Assembly: GCF_003945235.1 (NCBI RefSeq)
Contig: NZ_RSDW01000001.1
Span: 2,280,001-2,312,000, forward strand
Length of the DNA stretch: 32,000 bases
Reading direction: 5' to 3'
From: Edaphobacter aggregans
GTDB lineage: Bacteria > Acidobacteriota > Terriglobia > Terriglobales > Acidobacteriaceae
Shown here piece after piece: positions 1-9,467 of this stretch. Position 1 is the stretch's first letter. Each line of letters opens with the position of its first letter. The notes beneath the pieces are model-generated. The model had not been told where the DNA came from. It saw nothing but the letters and a program-made list of their open reading frames with translations, and made no database searches. A program made the translations under genes and the position numbers.

Positions 1-60
1 CTTTACGCAGTTTCGACGCGCCAGCCAGACTCCGTTCAATCTTGTATTCGAGGCCCGACT

Positions 61-534
61 TTGAGACTCTCCTACATCGCGATGATTGTTTTGATTGCGG
101 CGTGTGTTTCCGTACCTTTACACGCTGCTGAAAAGTTGAAGGGTTTCTACTCCGGCAGCGGCGGCATTACTGCGGAGGTACACCGCGTTCTGCTGGTTCA
201 GTTTGCCGCCGACGGGACGGTGATTCTGCAGCAGACGTGGGACAACAAACCTACACAGACATGGCACGCTCATTGGGCGCAGGATGGCAAGGAGGTCAAG
301 ATTACCTTCGACCCGGTCAAAGACGGGACAACGCCTACTCCGCTGGCCATGAAGATCGATCACGGCACTCTGACTGCTACGAGTTGGGATGCTACGGCAC
401 TTGGACCGCTTGGCCCACCCAAACTCGCGCCCTTCAGCGGCAAGAACGTGCAGAAAAACACCGTCTCAACCTGCCAGAGTTTGAACTCCCGCGATCCAAG
501 CGCAGACTGCGTTACGTGGAGCACACGACAGTAA
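61..534 (+). CDS. hypothetical secreted protein
   Basis: The ORF starts at TTG 61 or at the in-frame ATG 82. The N-terminus MRLSYIAMIVLIAACVSVPLHA/AEK looks like a Sec signal peptide. No family recognised. Confidence 0.5.
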   Translation: MRLSYIAMIVLIAACVSVPLHAAEKLKGFYSGSGGITAEVHRVLLVQFAADGTVILQQTWDNKPTQTWHAHWAQDGKEVKITFDPVKDGTTPTPLAMKIDHGTLTATSWDATALGPLGPPKLAPFSGKNVQKNTVSTCQSLNSRDPSADCVTWSTRQ

Positions 535-610
535 GATCGGAAGGCTGGCTGAGAAGCGGCACTCATGCACCTCTCTCAGCAAGAGTCTTCTGAGTGCGCT
601 ATTGCTCGAT

Positions 611-2692
611 TTATTGCTCGGGAGCGGCAACCTGGTGTGACGAGGGGCTACTTTGAACTCGCGCCCGAAGCAGGTTACAGGTCTCTATCTCTTTCTGTGC
701 GTCTGCTGGCCGAAGAGCCGCAGTGTAAGCATCAGCCAGTTGCTGATGGAATTTCTCGCTGTTCGGCAACAGCTTCGTCGCCGCCTCAAGTTCGGGAATG
801 GCTGCGGCCGTGTCCCCGCTTTCAAACTCCATCTTGCCGAGATCGTAATGCGAATCAGCATCACGTGGGCTTAGCTGAATAGCAGTGCGAAGTTCTTCGA
901 GCGCCTGCTGCTTCTTTCCCTGCTGACTCAATGCTTCTCCCAAGGCGCGATGTACATCAGGAATTTCTGGATGCAACTTCTCCAGCGCAGCCAGCCGCTC
1001 TGCGCCAGGGGCGATTCGCCCAGTCTTGATCATCGACTCGGCGTAGACATACTCTGCCTGTGGAGCAAGGTCAGTTTTTCCGATCACGGGCTCCAGCGCT
1101 TCGATGCAACCGGGATAGTTTCCTATCATGAACTGGCTGATGGCCAGGACGCTGCGGGCACCGGCGTCATCCGTGTGCGACTTCAGGTAACGCGTTAGCG
1201 GCATGATGGCATCCGCAAATTGCAATCCCGCAAATGCCGCTCGCCCCAAGTTATAGTCGAGTCCTTCGAGCGACGGATTCCACAAGGCGGCACGCTTAAA
1301 GTAGGTGACTGCGTCCGAATAGTCGTTGTTGGTTGCCGCGATAGCGCCGAGATTGTTATAGCTGTCGGCCACGGGGAGTCTGAGCTGCTCTCTCATTGAT
1401 TCGACACTGCGCGGCGTCAGCGCATCCCCCGTTGGCGCACGGCGGGGAGACGCTGCCCTGGCTTCTGCCGCGGGTACTTGAGCATCCTGAGACCCCGTTG
1501 GGTTCAGCAGTCCTGCCAGCTTGGTTTTATCCTGCGTGAGCGTTTTGTTGGCCAGATCGCGTGAAATATCCATCTCGGCATGTGCTGCCTGCTGCTGCCC
1601 TTGCTGCATCAGAATTCGGCCCAGAAGGAAGTGCGCTTTCTGAACCTGATATCGATTCTGCGAAACATCCGTTGTAAGACGGATGGATTGACGAAGAGCC
1701 GTTTCTGCATCCGCGAAACGATTCATGTTGAAATACATCTGCCCAAGATAGAGATAGGCGTCAGGACTTCGTGGTTCAAGTGAGATCGCCTTTTTCAGAT
1801 ATGTTTCTGCTTCAGCGTAGTTATTGCGACCTACCTCAATCTTGCCGAGCGCCGCATACGCCATGGAATCGCGCGGAGAAATTGCCAGTTCTTTTTTCAA
1901 TTCTGCTTCCGCGGTATCCAAAGGATTTTCCACGTTACCAGCCGTCAACAAGGCTGCTGCGAGCAGATAGTGCACGCCTGGCAAATTTGGGTTTTCCTCG
2001 ATGGCCCGTCGGAATTCGGTTACTGCTCTCGATTGGAAATCAGAGTCGCCGTACGCGCGGCCGAACGTCATGTGGATTTCCGCCGTGTCCCCAAACGATT
2101 TCTCCATCTCGTCGAAGATCTGCACAGCGCACTTTTCATCTTCCAAATCGAGACATGTCACGGCCAGGTCGTAACCGTTGGAAAAAGTCGGATCTAACGC
2201 CACGGCTGCTTCCAGTTCTTTCCTTGCTTCCTGATCCTGGTTTAGTTTTCGAAGTGTGTGTCCCAGCACCTTATGTGCCTGAGCGAGCCTCCCACGATCA
2301 CCCGGATATTTCTGTATGAATTCCGTCGCCAGCGTCTTTGCATGGGCAAGATCACCCAGCGCTAGCGCCGTTCGCGCATAGTCGAGAAGCAGAGACGGAG
2401 AACCGGGCTCCAAAATCAGAGCCTCATCGAATAATGGAGCTGCGTGCGTGTAATCCTGCACCAGACCATACCCGATCGCTAACTCGCCAAGCGCATCTGC
2501 AAGAAAAGCGCGGTAGTGCTCCGCTGCCTCGTTGAGCTTGCCCGTCCGTTGCAACGCCTGGGCGTTGTCGTAGTGCTGCCGCAACGATTCGTTGCCGACC
2601 GTTCCATTGCCCGCAGGCTGGCCCCAAAGGGTCACAGCATAAATCAACGTGAAAATAAAGAATGTGCCGCAACGTTTGAATCGGATGGACAT
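611..2692 (-). CDS. TPR repeat-containing protein with N-terminal signal/anchor
   Basis: 693-aa ORF with a hydrophobic N-terminus (FFIFTLIYAVTLWG). It is followed by many 34-residue TPR-like units, e.g. AEAETYLKKAISLEPRSPDAYLYLGQMYF and ALEELRTAIQLSPRDADSHYDLGKMEF. Confidence 0.8.
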   Translation of the reverse strand: MSIRFKRCGTFFIFTLIYAVTLWGQPAGNGTVGNESLRQHYDNAQALQRTGKLNEAAEHYRAFLADALGELAIGYGLVQDYTHAAPLFDEALILEPGSPSLLLDYARTALALGDLAHAKTLATEFIQKYPGDRGRLAQAHKVLGHTLRKLNQDQEARKELEAAVALDPTFSNGYDLAVTCLDLEDEKCAVQIFDEMEKSFGDTAEIHMTFGRAYGDSDFQSRAVTEFRRAIEENPNLPGVHYLLAAALLTAGNVENPLDTAEAELKKELAISPRDSMAYAALGKIEVGRNNYAEAETYLKKAISLEPRSPDAYLYLGQMYFNMNRFADAETALRQSIRLTTDVSQNRYQVQKAHFLLGRILMQQGQQQAAHAEMDISRDLANKTLTQDKTKLAGLLNPTGSQDAQVPAAEARAASPRRAPTGDALTPRSVESMREQLRLPVADSYNNLGAIAATNNDYSDAVTYFKRAALWNPSLEGLDYNLGRAAFAGLQFADAIMPLTRYLKSHTDDAGARSVLAISQFMIGNYPGCIEALEPVIGKTDLAPQAEYVYAESMIKTGRIAPGAERLAALEKLHPEIPDVHRALGEALSQQGKKQQALEELRTAIQLSPRDADSHYDLGKMEFESGDTAAAIPELEAATKLLPNSEKFHQQLADAYTAALRPADAQKEIETCNLLRARVQSSPSSHQVAAPEQ

Positions 2693-2850
2693 GATGGGTC
2701 AGGAATCGATGGGTTATCCACCGTCGATTCCAAATCGTATCACCGCGACATGCTCGACGGACATACCACCAGTCTTGATACAGCGGCTTCAACTCTGAAC
2801 GGGATGGTGGTGGCTTCGACCTATGAGATGGCGCTCGATTTCCCGAAACC

Positions 2851-2891
2851 AAAGAAAAACGGAAGGCAAATGAATCGTTTGCCTTCCGTTT
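2851..2891 (-). terminator. intrinsic terminator after TBDR-1
   Basis: Perfect 14-bp stem AAACGGAAGGCAAA (2857..2870) / TTTGCCTTCCGTTT (2878..2891) with a 7-nt loop. On the minus strand it is followed by TTTTTCTTTGG. It sits 14 nt after the stop codon at 2905. Confidence 0.75.
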
Positions 2892-2904
2892 CGCAGGAGG
2901 CGTG

Positions 2905-5900
2905 CTAGAAGAAGTACTTCACGTTCAATTCAATAATGCGCTGGTAGGGAGCACCCGTCTTGTTGTCCATAACACCGAAGGTGCTGGTGTTGTAGTTCCG
3001 CGTGATGGCTTTGCTGGCATAGTCCACGGTGTAAGCCAACGTGAGCGGTGTCAGCGAGCTGTAACCCGGTAACGGGTGGTTCAGCCAGTTAAAGGCGCTG
3101 GCACGGAATTGGATTTGCTGGCTCTCATGAATATGGAAAGACCTGTAAATTGCCAGATCGTGATTGAAATAGGCCCCGGCGCTCATGTAGGGGTAATTCT
3201 GACCGCCCTGCTGCCCTACCGGTGGCGCTATAAAGCAGTTCCCATTCAGGCGTTGGTAGTGGCCAAGGTTGGCTGTTGGGTCGCAGGTCAGCACGGGCAT
3301 GATCGGGACAGGAGCATCCGTACCAAAGTACGTAGCAGTGCCGATGCCGGTGGTGATACCCTGCGCCTTCGCATTTGCCGGCAGACCGGTGTACGTTAGC
3401 CCGAGGCCGAAGTTTGGCACACCGTTTCCAAGCGCAGCGGGAATGTACCCGCCACCCTGCCACGTGGAGATGCCGGAGATCGTCCATCCTCCAAGCAGCC
3501 CGTTGACAAACGGATTGAAGGCATTGAGTTTTCCGGTCTGGTAATAGTAGCTGGCATTGAAAACAATCGGCCGATCCGTGGAGGTCGGGCCGTAGTCCAG
3601 GTGGATATCAAACGGATTCGCCTGCAGCCCCGTGCCCAGCGTCTTCGACCACGTGGCGTTCAGGTTGTAGCCGAGCCTGCCGGTCGTCTTGATCCAAGCT
3701 ACCTGCAGAGCGTTGTAGTTGGTGTAAGCGATACTGCGATTCATATTGGCGGAAGCGGTTCCGTACGCGAAGCCGTAGGGGTGATAATGTGACGCCTGGT
3801 TTCCTGTCGGAGTGCCGGTGGAGCCGTTAGGATTCGTTCCCAGGTTTTCCGGATTGGTGGACAGCACACCGGTGACGGGATCGGGCTTGAAGAAGGCTCC
3901 AAGCGGTGTCTTGTTCTGATCAGCGATTGCGGCATAGTTGCTGCCTTCAATGCCCTCGCTATTGTCAGGAAGCTGGCTGGTGCTGCTTCCGACATAGGCT
4001 ACATCGACTACGGAATTCCACTTCACTCTCTGGTCGATCGTGAGATTGTAGGCAAAGGTGAGCGGCTGGCCGTAGTCGCCCGGGTCGAAGCCCGTCTGTG
4101 TTCCGCTTGTGCACTGAGAGGTACACGGCACATAGGCTAACTGATTGAGCTGCGAAAGCATAACCGTCTTCGAACCAGGCGAGTTGTAGCTCAGGACGTG
4201 CTGCGCGGTCACTAGCGGCGCCGAGACGTCGTTGACTTGGGTGACGAAACGGTAGGAGCCCCATCCGCCGCGAACCATGGTGTTGCCGTTCCCGTAGAGA
4301 TCGTAGGAAAAGCCCAATCGTGGGTTGAAATAGGCGAAGCGGTTCGGCTGACCGCTCAGCGGAACGCCCGCATCGATGGCATGCCAGTAATAGCCTGGAG
4401 CGTATTTGCCGCTGTTGAAGTCAGACAAGACGCGATCAGGATAGAAGACCGCCATGCCAATGTGTTGACGGTCATACCAGTGGCCGATGTGCTCGACACG
4501 CGCGCCTAGCTCAAGGGTTAGATGTTTGGTTGCTCTCCAGTTGTCGGAGACGAAAAACGCCGTCGCCTGGTAGGCAGTATCGGCAATGGGAGATGAATCG
4601 TTTTCGCTGTAGCCCGACAGTATGCCCATGGTGAAGTTAGCCACGGGGTTCTGCGGCGAGCCAAGTGGGCGTCCCGTAAAGACATTCGGATTCTGACCCG
4701 CGCGAATGGTGAGGGATCCATCCTGGAAAGTGCTGAAGGTGCTCTGGTAGTTATCGGTGTTCTGCGTGAATGCGCCCATTTTCACCGTGTGAGCGCCCCA
4801 AATCTTGGTCAGCGTATTACTGAACTGTGGGGCTTCCTTGCGGACTGCATACTGACCCGGAGGGTTGTCAAAGATTGAAGCCTGCGAGAAGTCCGGGAAG
4901 CTGGCTGTCCCGGCGCTGCTGTAAGCAGGGATGTTGAGAGAGGTGGTCTGAAAGACCTTGCCGTAGGGATAGCCCAATGTGCTCCGGTAGGCCGCCGATG
5001 GATCCGGCTGGACAAAGGGGAAGTCCCCGAACGCCCATGCCGCCATGAAGTCGTTGGTGGTTGTGGCATTGAAGTTGTGTACAAAGTGGCCGGCCAGCGA
5101 TTTGCCCCGGAAGGCCTCTGACATGCCGCCGCCTGGGTACGGGATGGCGTTACCCGGCGTCCAGTAGAGGTGCGCGCCATTACCCTGCGCCAGCTGCGAA
5201 TCGTATGCCTGCTGGTAAGACCCGTAGATCTTCGTATTTGGCCCCCATTGATAGTCAATCCGGAAGCGATAGATCCACCCGTTGTTCAGGTTTGGGATGG
5301 GCTGAACGTAGTTGAAGCCTCCCGGAGTGGTAGCGGGGTTCGCATTTGCCTTGGGCCAGATTTTGGCCAGCGCCGCTCCACCAGGATCGATAAATTGAGC
5401 AGGTATCTTATTACCGGAGTTTGGAGCAGTGGAGTTGTTGGTAGGAATGCTGCTGCCGTCCGGGAAGACCGTTCCGGAAAGATCGCCGCACCATGCACCC
5501 TGGGGATAGCTGGAGGTTGGAGTCGCATAAAATCCGTTGGGGCAAAGGGTCGTGTTATCCGGGTTATCAGTGGTGAAATCCCCGGCCATCATCTCCGGAG
5601 AGGGAATGTACGATTTCAACACGTTCGAGTTGCCCTGGTTTTGCAACCACTTTTCGAAACCGCCCCAGAAGAACAGCGTACTCTTGGTGCCCGGAACCGG
5701 ACCGCCAAAGTTACCGCCAGGATAGTAATAGTGCTGAGGTCCCTGCGCGATTCCCTGATGATTGCTCTGCCAATCGTTCGCGTTCAGAACACTGTTCCGC
5801 GCGTCGAAGTAGGCTTCACCGTGATACCGATTGCCTCCCGATTTACTGATGGTACTCACAACCACCGGTCCAAACGCAGTGTCAGCACCGAAGTTCGACG

Positions 5901-6678
5901 CCTGTACGCTGACCTCCGAGGTCATTTCCGGGTTGACGATCGAGACCGAAGACGCCATGTTGCCTGGGTCAATGATGTTGGCTCCGTCAGCCAGCAACGC
6001 CGTACCACCGCGATTCACTGCACCGTTAATATTGATGCCGTTACCGATCGCACTTTGCTGAACAGACACGTTTAGATCGTTGTACATCGGACTGTTCTGG
6101 GTCAGGCCGGAGGAGACTGTTGTCGCGCCCGGCAGCACTTTCAGCAGCTCGGTGGTGTCGCGGCCGACAAGAACCAGGTTCTCGATCTGTCTGGAGTCCA
6201 GGACGTTGGTGCGTGCCCCGTTGTCCGTGGGAATCATGTCGCCGGTAGCTTCGACTGTGACCGTCGTTGACTCAGAGCCCACAGCCAGCGAAATCGCAGG
6301 GACGGCGCGCACATCTCCGGCGTGCAGCATAATTCCAGTGATTTCCTTAGGCTGGAAACCTTTCGCGTTGACCTTCACACTGTAGGTGGCCGGTACGAGC
6401 GCGGGAAAGGCATACAATCCCTGGCGATTCGTTTCTACGACGCGCGTAGTTCCGGTCGATTCGTCAGTCAGCGTTATCTCGGCTCCGGGAATTACGCTAC
6501 CCGAGGCATCCTGCACGATACCCGTCAACTGAGCTGTGGTTTGTGCGTGGATCAGGGACGTGGACGAAAGTAAGAACGCGACCGCGATAAGTGGAATAAT
6601 CCGCCGCACGCTTCCACAGAGTTGTCGCAGATCTAGAGTTAGGCCTCGCCTGGTAGAAATACCATACTTACTTTTCAT
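2905..6678 (-). CDS. TonB-dependent receptor-like outer-membrane protein with carboxypeptidase-regulatory-like N-terminal domain (TBDR-1)
   Basis: 1257-aa ORF with a signal peptide. It has an N-terminal beta-sandwich signature (LTGIVQDASGSVIPGAEITLTDESTGTTRVVETNRQGLYAFPALVPATYSVKVNAKGF). A long Gly/Asn/Tyr-rich barrel follows, ending in the C-terminal ...ELNVKYFF typical of OM beta-barrels. Confidence 0.85.
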   Translation of the reverse strand: MKSKYGISTRRGLTLDLRQLCGSVRRIIPLIAVAFLLSSTSLIHAQTTAQLTGIVQDASGSVIPGAEITLTDESTGTTRVVETNRQGLYAFPALVPATYSVKVNAKGFQPKEITGIMLHAGDVRAVPAISLAVGSESTTVTVEATGDMIPTDNGARTNVLDSRQIENLVLVGRDTTELLKVLPGATTVSSGLTQNSPMYNDLNVSVQQSAIGNGININGAVNRGGTALLADGANIIDPGNMASSVSIVNPEMTSEVSVQASNFGADTAFGPVVVSTISKSGGNRYHGEAYFDARNSVLNANDWQSNHQGIAQGPQHYYYPGGNFGGPVPGTKSTLFFWGGFEKWLQNQGNSNVLKSYIPSPEMMAGDFTTDNPDNTTLCPNGFYATPTSSYPQGAWCGDLSGTVFPDGSSIPTNNSTAPNSGNKIPAQFIDPGGAALAKIWPKANANPATTPGGFNYVQPIPNLNNGWIYRFRIDYQWGPNTKIYGSYQQAYDSQLAQGNGAHLYWTPGNAIPYPGGGMSEAFRGKSLAGHFVHNFNATTTNDFMAAWAFGDFPFVQPDPSAAYRSTLGYPYGKVFQTTSLNIPAYSSAGTASFPDFSQASIFDNPPGQYAVRKEAPQFSNTLTKIWGAHTVKMGAFTQNTDNYQSTFSTFQDGSLTIRAGQNPNVFTGRPLGSPQNPVANFTMGILSGYSENDSSPIADTAYQATAFFVSDNWRATKHLTLELGARVEHIGHWYDRQHIGMAVFYPDRVLSDFNSGKYAPGYYWHAIDAGVPLSGQPNRFAYFNPRLGFSYDLYGNGNTMVRGGWGSYRFVTQVNDVSAPLVTAQHVLSYNSPGSKTVMLSQLNQLAYVPCTSQCTSGTQTGFDPGDYGQPLTFAYNLTIDQRVKWNSVVDVAYVGSSTSQLPDNSEGIEGSNYAAIADQNKTPLGAFFKPDPVTGVLSTNPENLGTNPNGSTGTPTGNQASHYHPYGFAYGTASANMNRSIAYTNYNALQVAWIKTTGRLGYNLNATWSKTLGTGLQANPFDIHLDYGPTSTDRPIVFNASYYYQTGKLNAFNPFVNGLLGGWTISGISTWQGGGYIPAALGNGVPNFGLGLTYTGLPANAKAQGITTGIGTATYFGTDAPVPIMPVLTCDPTANLGHYQRLNGNCFIAPPVGQQGGQNYPYMSAGAYFNHDLAIYRSFHIHESQQIQFRASAFNWLNHPLPGYSSLTPLTLAYTVDYASKAITRNYNTSTFGVMDNKTGAPYQRIIELNVKYFF

Positions 6679-7007
6679 TTTCCGCCTCCCAAAAATTCCC
6701 GTCGATAAATCAACGTAACTACGTGAGGGGAGCCCGATAAGTCTTTTTACTTAGTCCAACACTATTGGTGATTTTGTTAGCGACCGAGACTATAGTGATA
6801 TATTTCTGGCGATGTCAAGAAAAAAATACAAATTGTCGCAAAATACAGGCCTTCGGATATACTCTGGGATCGAAACCAAGGACGCATAGTTGTCACTTGA
6901 TGTTCGACCTAAATCTCAGCTTTACTCCTGCTGTCTTACTGACTTATCTTCAATTGTTCCAACGGCCAAACTAAAAACAGATTCCGCCCTCTAAAAAATC
7001 GTTGCTA

Positions 7008-7023
7008 TAGGATTTCAATCCTA
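7008..7023. promoter_or_regulatory. palindrome in the TBDR-1/ROK divergent intergenic region (candidate operator)
   Basis: TAGGATT-TC-AATCCTA has 7-bp perfect arms. It lies in the AT-rich 464-bp region between the divergent starts 6678 (-) and 7143 (+). No known consensus matched. Confidence 0.2.
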
Positions 7024-7142
7024 AAGCCACTTTGATAAGGACTTAGGCCTTCTTCTGTTCGTGAAAATTTGCTCCTGATAGTATGCTTCGTTATTTTTAG
7101 TGGGCGCCTCGATCTTTATCCCGATTCGGAGCGGTTTATTGC

Positions 7143-8396
7143 ATGCTTAACATCAGAGGTTCAAGGAAATTGCGTCTCGACAAACCTGGCATAAGACACG
7201 TCGACCTGACTGAGTTACAACTCGCGTCGAGTGAGACAGCACGGATCATCAACCGGGATATCGTGCTCGAGTTAATTCGGACCAGCCAGCCCATTTCGCG
7301 CGCCGACCTGGCGCGGCGTTCGGGCCTTGGACGCAGCACTGTCTCGCAGATCGTGGAGCAGCTTATCGACGAGAATTGGGTGCGCGAAGGCGCAATGGGT
7401 TCGCTGCCGCGAGGACGCAGACCAACCATGGTGGGACTAAACGGAGATCTAGTAGCGATCGCCGTCGACGTTCATCCAGGACAGGCCAGTGTCGCCATAG
7501 TGGATCTGAATGGGCGGCTACTCTCGCGTCGGCCCGTGCCGATTACCTCCGACCCGGCAGCCTCCGTGCGGTTGATCATCGAATGCATTCAGCGGATCCG
7601 TCCCACTGCGCTACAAAAATCAACGGAGGGCATCGGCATCAGTCTGCCAGGAAGAGTGAATCCTACGACGCAACGGCTAATCTTTGCTCCCAACCTGAAA
7701 TGGCCCGAATTCGATATCAAGAAAATGGTCGAGACCAAGTTGGGACTTCCCGTGATGCTGGAAAATGATGCAACTGCTTGTCTCATGGCGGAGCGAATCT
7801 TCGCCCGCATGGACGGAGTGAAGGATGCGGTGCTGGTCGCGGTCGGCGAAGGCGTGGGAACCTGCGTTCTTGCCAATGGACAAGTATTCTCCGGACACAA
7901 CGGAATGGCGGGCGAGTTCGGCCATATCCTCGTCGATCCCAATGGCCCGCGCTGTGCGTGCGGGCAGCACGGATGCTGGGAACTTTATAGCTCCGGCCGG
8001 GCTGCACTGCGTTATTACCGGGAGTTGAAGCCGAAGGGCAATGTCGTCACTTTTCAGGAACTGCTCAACCGGGCCGAAGACGGCGATTCGGCTGCCGCGC
8101 AAGCTCTCACCAAACAGGCCACGTGGATTGGTCGCGGATTGCGGATGATCATTGCCAGCGTCTCTCCCAGCATGATTCTGATCGCAGGGGATCTGACGGC
8201 GGCCTGGCATCGTTTTGGGCCGGTGATCGAGAAGGAGGCGGCTGACCTTACCCTGGCCGGAAGTGCGCCACTGATTCGACCGACCCATGAAGGCGAAATC
8301 GCTCGGCTTCGCGGTGCTGCTGCACTCGTGTTTCAGCGGGGAGCCCGCCGTACTACGTCTGCCGGAGTCGCGGCGAGCTCAGCCAAGAGCGCCTGA
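7143..8396 (+). CDS. ROK family transcriptional regulator (NagC/XylR-like)
   Basis: 417-aa ORF. The N-terminal winged-HTH region reads ISRADLARRSGLGRSTVSQIVEQLIDENWV. The sugar-kinase-like ROK body includes LENDATACLMAE and the Zn-Cys motif GHILVDPNGPRCACGQHGCWE. Confidence 0.85.
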   Translation: MLNIRGSRKLRLDKPGIRHVDLTELQLASSETARIINRDIVLELIRTSQPISRADLARRSGLGRSTVSQIVEQLIDENWVREGAMGSLPRGRRPTMVGLNGDLVAIAVDVHPGQASVAIVDLNGRLLSRRPVPITSDPAASVRLIIECIQRIRPTALQKSTEGIGISLPGRVNPTTQRLIFAPNLKWPEFDIKKMVETKLGLPVMLENDATACLMAERIFARMDGVKDAVLVAVGEGVGTCVLANGQVFSGHNGMAGEFGHILVDPNGPRCACGQHGCWELYSSGRAALRYYRELKPKGNVVTFQELLNRAEDGDSAAAQALTKQATWIGRGLRMIIASVSPSMILIAGDLTAAWHRFGPVIEKEAADLTLAGSAPLIRPTHEGEIARLRGAAALVFQRGARRTTSAGVAASSAKSA

Positions 8397-8411
8397 TGCC
8401 AATGACTCGAT

Positions 8412-8640
8412 TCCGATGAACTTACCGCGCCACCCTGCCTGATCCGTTTAGGCGAGGCGGGAGCAAATGCATTTACAATGATGAAGCTGGCCGGACATTC
8501 CAGCATGACAGTGAGCCAGCGTACGTGCATCGGACGCCGGAGTCTGTGGAGCGAGCTTTGGCCGGCTGGAGACGCTCAATCGCAAGGCTCTGGAACGGGC
8601 AAGTGGCGTAAACTCCCCACAAAATCCCCCACAGCGTGCT
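8412..8640 (+). pseudogene. tyrosine recombinase/integrase, C-terminal fragment with frameshifts
   Basis: Reading across three frames gives ...LTAPPCLIRLGEAGANAFTMMKLAGHSSMTVSQR / YVHRTPESVERA / FGRLETLNRKALERASG. This is the box-II region of tyrosine recombinases (LGHSS...T..Y.H, with the catalytic Tyr context). It is broken by 1-nt deletions near 8521 and 8556. The whole N-terminal part is missing, because the frame opens only at the ROK stop codon. Confidence 0.6.
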
Positions 8641-8664
8641 CTAAGAGCGTCGTGCGTCATGGAA

Positions 8665-8740
<76 letters not shown>

Positions 8741-8903
8741 CTAACCACCCTATAAATAAAAGCGATTCGTGATATCTGCTAGAACAGAGCAGCTCATTAA
8801 GCGATTTGACTCTGCTCTCGAGAGAGCACGGACTGCCGACTACGCTGGGGCTCTCCGGGAGTTTGAGGAACGAAACGGCCGCAATCTGCGGACGATACTC
8901 ACG

Positions 8904-8933
8904 TTGACAAATTCTTTGAAAAGAAGCTATTCT
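8904..8933 (+). promoter_or_regulatory. sigma70-like promoter candidate for the small peptide gene
   Basis: TTGACA (8904..8909), an 18-nt spacer, then TATTCT (8928..8933). It lies about 55 nt upstream of ATG 8988. Confidence 0.4.
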
Positions 8934-8987
8934 TGAGCGTTTTTCCAACGGGTTGCTTTCAATTTCCATAATCAACAAGGAGGAGAA

Positions 8988-9161
8988 ATGGCCCAAACTA
9001 TTATGACGGGGACGATCGACAAGAAACCAGTGCCTCCGGCAATGCAAACAAAAGTGCAGGACGCTCTCAAAGGTGCTCTGCAATCTGAACTGTCCATTGG
9101 TCCCACCCACCACATCGAATTCACGCACATCAACATCGTTTGGGACAAAGTTAAATCCTGA
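8988..9161 (+). CDS. 57-aa small protein, candidate RiPP precursor peptide (absent from the >=60-aa ORF track)
   Basis: ATG 8988 is preceded by AAGGAGGAG (8977..8985). Translation: MAQTIMTGTIDKKPVPPAMQTKVQDALKGALQSELSIGPTHHIEFTHINIVWDKVKS, with stop TGA 9159..9161. The only competing ORF (8697..9164, minus) runs antisense through the tRNA. The gene lies on the same strand as, and upstream of, a radical SAM/SPASM gene. Confidence 0.6.
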   Translation: MAQTIMTGTIDKKPVPPAMQTKVQDALKGALQSELSIGPTHHIEFTHINIVWDKVKS

Positions 9162-9183
9162 CATCCTCTATCCCTGTCAGGAT
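9155..9183 (+). other. stem-loop overlapping the peptide stop codon
   Basis: ATCCTGACA (9155..9163) pairs with TGTCAGGAT (9175..9183). It is a perfect 9-bp stem with an 11-nt loop and no following T-tract. Confidence 0.5.
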
Positions 9184-9436
9184 GCGTAATTCCCCCCTTT
9201 GAGCAGGTGTTGGTAACTATCACCAAGGGAGATTCATAGGCTTACCGACTGCCCAAGGCAACCTCTTCTTTTGAGATGGCTTACTTTGAAACCATCGATA
9301 AATGAAGATTTGCTTCAAAAAAGGCCTCAGGACAATACCCCGTTTTCCGGCGACCACCGTCGGTCGCAAGGCCGCCCTTTAAGGCAGTATCCATGGGCCA
9401 GGGGCATACTGACTCGAAAATCGGGTTCTAACTCCA

Positions 9437-9467
9437 ATCCATCCGCTCTCACAGGAAGCGGATGGAT
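9437..9467 (+). other. perfect 11-bp stem-loop in the peptide/rSAM spacer
   Basis: ATCCATCCGCT (9437..9447) pairs with AGCGGATGGAT (9457..9467), with a 9-nt loop. It lies about 107 nt upstream of the likely rSAM start. Confidence 0.5.

Noticed and set aside
599-622. ATTGCTCG direct repeat at the 3' end of the TPR gene
   Set aside because: It is an 8-nt repeat occurring twice within or adjacent to coding sequence. It is most likely chance, with no associated structure.
9276-9382. Tiny ORFs in the spacer (MAYFETIDK at 9276; MKICFKKGLRTIPRFPATTVGRKAAL at 9302..9382) as alternative precursors
   Set aside because: Neither has a Shine-Dalgarno sequence or a leader/core-like organisation. Both are indistinguishable from chance ORFs.
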